From the NCBI RefSeq assembly GCF_009914755.1, contig NC_060926.1: a DNA stretch of 64,000 bases. One strand, 5' to 3'. Shown here one piece after another: positions 62,279 through 64,000 of the stretch (the stretch's first letter is position 1; each line of letters starts with the position of its first letter). The position numbers and the translations under genes are program-made. Source of the stretch: the human T2T-CHM13v2.0 reference genome, Homo sapiens. Below the pieces are notes generated by a model. That model was given only the letters and a program-made list of their open reading frames with translations. It made no database searches and was not told the DNA's origin.

Positions 62279-62451
62279 ATGGGGTTGAGAGTGGGGATAT
62301 TCTAGGCAGAAAGAGGTGCAAGAAAGCAGGAGTAAGCAAAAGGAGCAAGCCACCCACTCTGGAGCATCAAGTACGTGTAGAGAAGTAGCTGCTATGACCT
62401 ACTTTCACTGTTTTCAGGATACATATAGAGTAAGTCAGTGTTGATGTTCTG
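62279..62451 (+). repeat. Copy B of the 173-bp duplication (intron 4), inside a MIR
   Basis: Same sequence 2720 bp downstream; MIR-like halves on both sides (gaactgaggttcacatag / ggatttaaacccaag). Confidence 0.95.
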
Positions 62452-62761
62452 AATGGTCAAATGAGGATTTAAACCCAAGTTCTTCTATTCCAAAAGAACC
62501 TTTCCTCTACATTATTCACAATAGAAAATGTTTTCCATTTCAGTTGCTTCTGTATTAAGCACAGCTTTTCTACAAAGAATACCTCCTGCTTTCATGACCT
62601 AGGTTTGGATAATTCCTGATATGTAAGAATACATGGAACTCTCCTGAAAACATGCGTTCTAACAATGATTCCCTTGTTCACAGAATGCTTTTATTTGGTT
62701 TAGGCACAGAAATTATAAAGTCATTTAAAGCCATATTTTCTAAGGTATTTAACATCCAAAT

Positions 62762-62954
62762 CAGGTCAATGAACTGTGGCTTGTGGGCCTCTTTTTGTGA
62801 ATAAAGTTTTATTGGAATACAGCCACACCCATTTGTTGATGTGTTATCTATAATCATCTAGTACAGTTGTGAGAGTTGAGTTGCCACACTATGTGGCTCC
62901 TGAGCCTAAAATATTTACTGTTCGGCTTTTTACAGAAAAAGTTTGCTGAACCCT
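62762..62954. mobile_element. MER58A-like DNA transposon
   Basis: aataaagttttattggaatacagccacacccatt...gcctaaaatatttact...tttacagaaaaagtttgctgaaccct. Confidence 0.85.
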
Positions 62955-63149
62955 AATCTAAATAATAAAACCTCAAATCTTAGGAAAAGCTTAAAGAACA
63001 GTCTCAAAAAACAGAAAAGCAAAGTGCATGCCTTTGTTTCTAATAGGCCTGACACTTTCAGTAACCCTTGATTATTGTACATGCTTTTTGATTCAACCTT
63101 TGAAATGTTAAGCCACCTATAATAGGCCTAAATTGTGAGGGGCATCTTG

Positions 63150-63280
63150 TTCAGAGAAGAAGACTCAGGAGCAGAAGTCTGAGAACCTGGGTTATATTCT
63201 GACTTTGTGCTGACAATCCACCTATAGCTATGGGTAATTCACCTAACCACTCTGGGCCTTTGTTTCATCATTGGTAAAAC
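63150..63280 (+). mobile_element. MIR fragment
   Basis: cctgggttatattctgact...cctaaccactctgggcctttgtttcatcattggtaaaa. Confidence 0.6.
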
Positions 63281-64000
63281 ACCAATTCACACAAAAAACT
63301 TCTGAGGTATAAATTCAGTGTTTTTTATCTGTTTCATACTTCAATAAATTATGCAAACGAATAATTGGTTTTATGAGATGATGTCTGTTTTGTAGGACTA
63401 CACTGCTAACTTTTTAATAACTTTGCTTGTCTTGTGGGTTATTTTATTTATTTGTTTGCTTTTGAGTTTTTGTTGTTGTTGTTGTTGGTTAGTTAGTTTG
63501 GTTAATTGGTTTGTTCTGTTTTTAACCTGACTTATATGGACACCGTGGACAAGGAACTTCACTGTCTGTCACTAACTTACCTTATTACTGATTACATTTG
63601 CTTTCAGCTTTTCATAACTGCATGATAAAACCTCAGACCTTAGGAGAAGAGCATAAAAAACAACCTCAAACAACAAAAAAGCAAAATTACTTGGGGAAAT
63701 TAAGTAACTTGACCGTGGCTAACCAGCTAGTAAATAAGAGAGTATAGACCTGACACCACATGTGTCTACACCACTACACTGCACTATGTCAAATCAACAA
63801 TATACTTATCATTTCCTGAGTAATGACAAAGGACATTATGCAGTAGACCAGATGTTCTTCTGTTCTAAATTGCCTAGCCACTTTTGTTCCTTCTGTCTGC
63901 TTTCTGATGCTAATATTATTTGAACATAGATTTTTCTCAGTAATGATTTCTAGTTGGCTTTTCCTTTCCTTTTGTCATTACTCAGGGAATGATAAAGATA

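Overview
Eukaryotic, repeat-rich primate genomic DNA, almost certainly human (AluJ/S/Y, L1PA/L1M, L2, MIR, MER DNA transposons, MaLR LTRs). It covers the 5' end of ITGAV (integrin alpha-V, CD51) on the + strand. About 24 kb of upstream intergenic sequence is followed by a TATA-less CpG-island promoter (~24.7-25.7 kb). Coding exons 1-4 lie at 25415-25599, 37092-37222, 57488-57579 and 60623-60737 and splice GT-AG into one open frame: signal peptide, mature FNLDV N-terminus, first FG-GAP beta-propeller blades. The gene continues beyond the window. I see no new multi-gene system, and nearly all six-frame ORFs are Alu, L1 or simple-repeat artefacts. The most interesting signals are: (1) an alternative first coding exon (MLLGTLLLILYILMLC) that appears to be exapted from an L2 LINE; (2) a 173-bp direct duplication bracketing exon 4, whose downstream copy has an acceptor, 12 nt and a GTAAGT donor that would make a stop-containing microexon; (3) a twin-primed, 5'-inverted L1; (4) a perfect 27-bp palindromic AT minisatellite; (5) a 5'UTR G-quadruplex motif; (6) several small duplications and nested insertions. 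Repeat boundaries and subfamily calls are by eye from remembered consensus sequences and are approximate.
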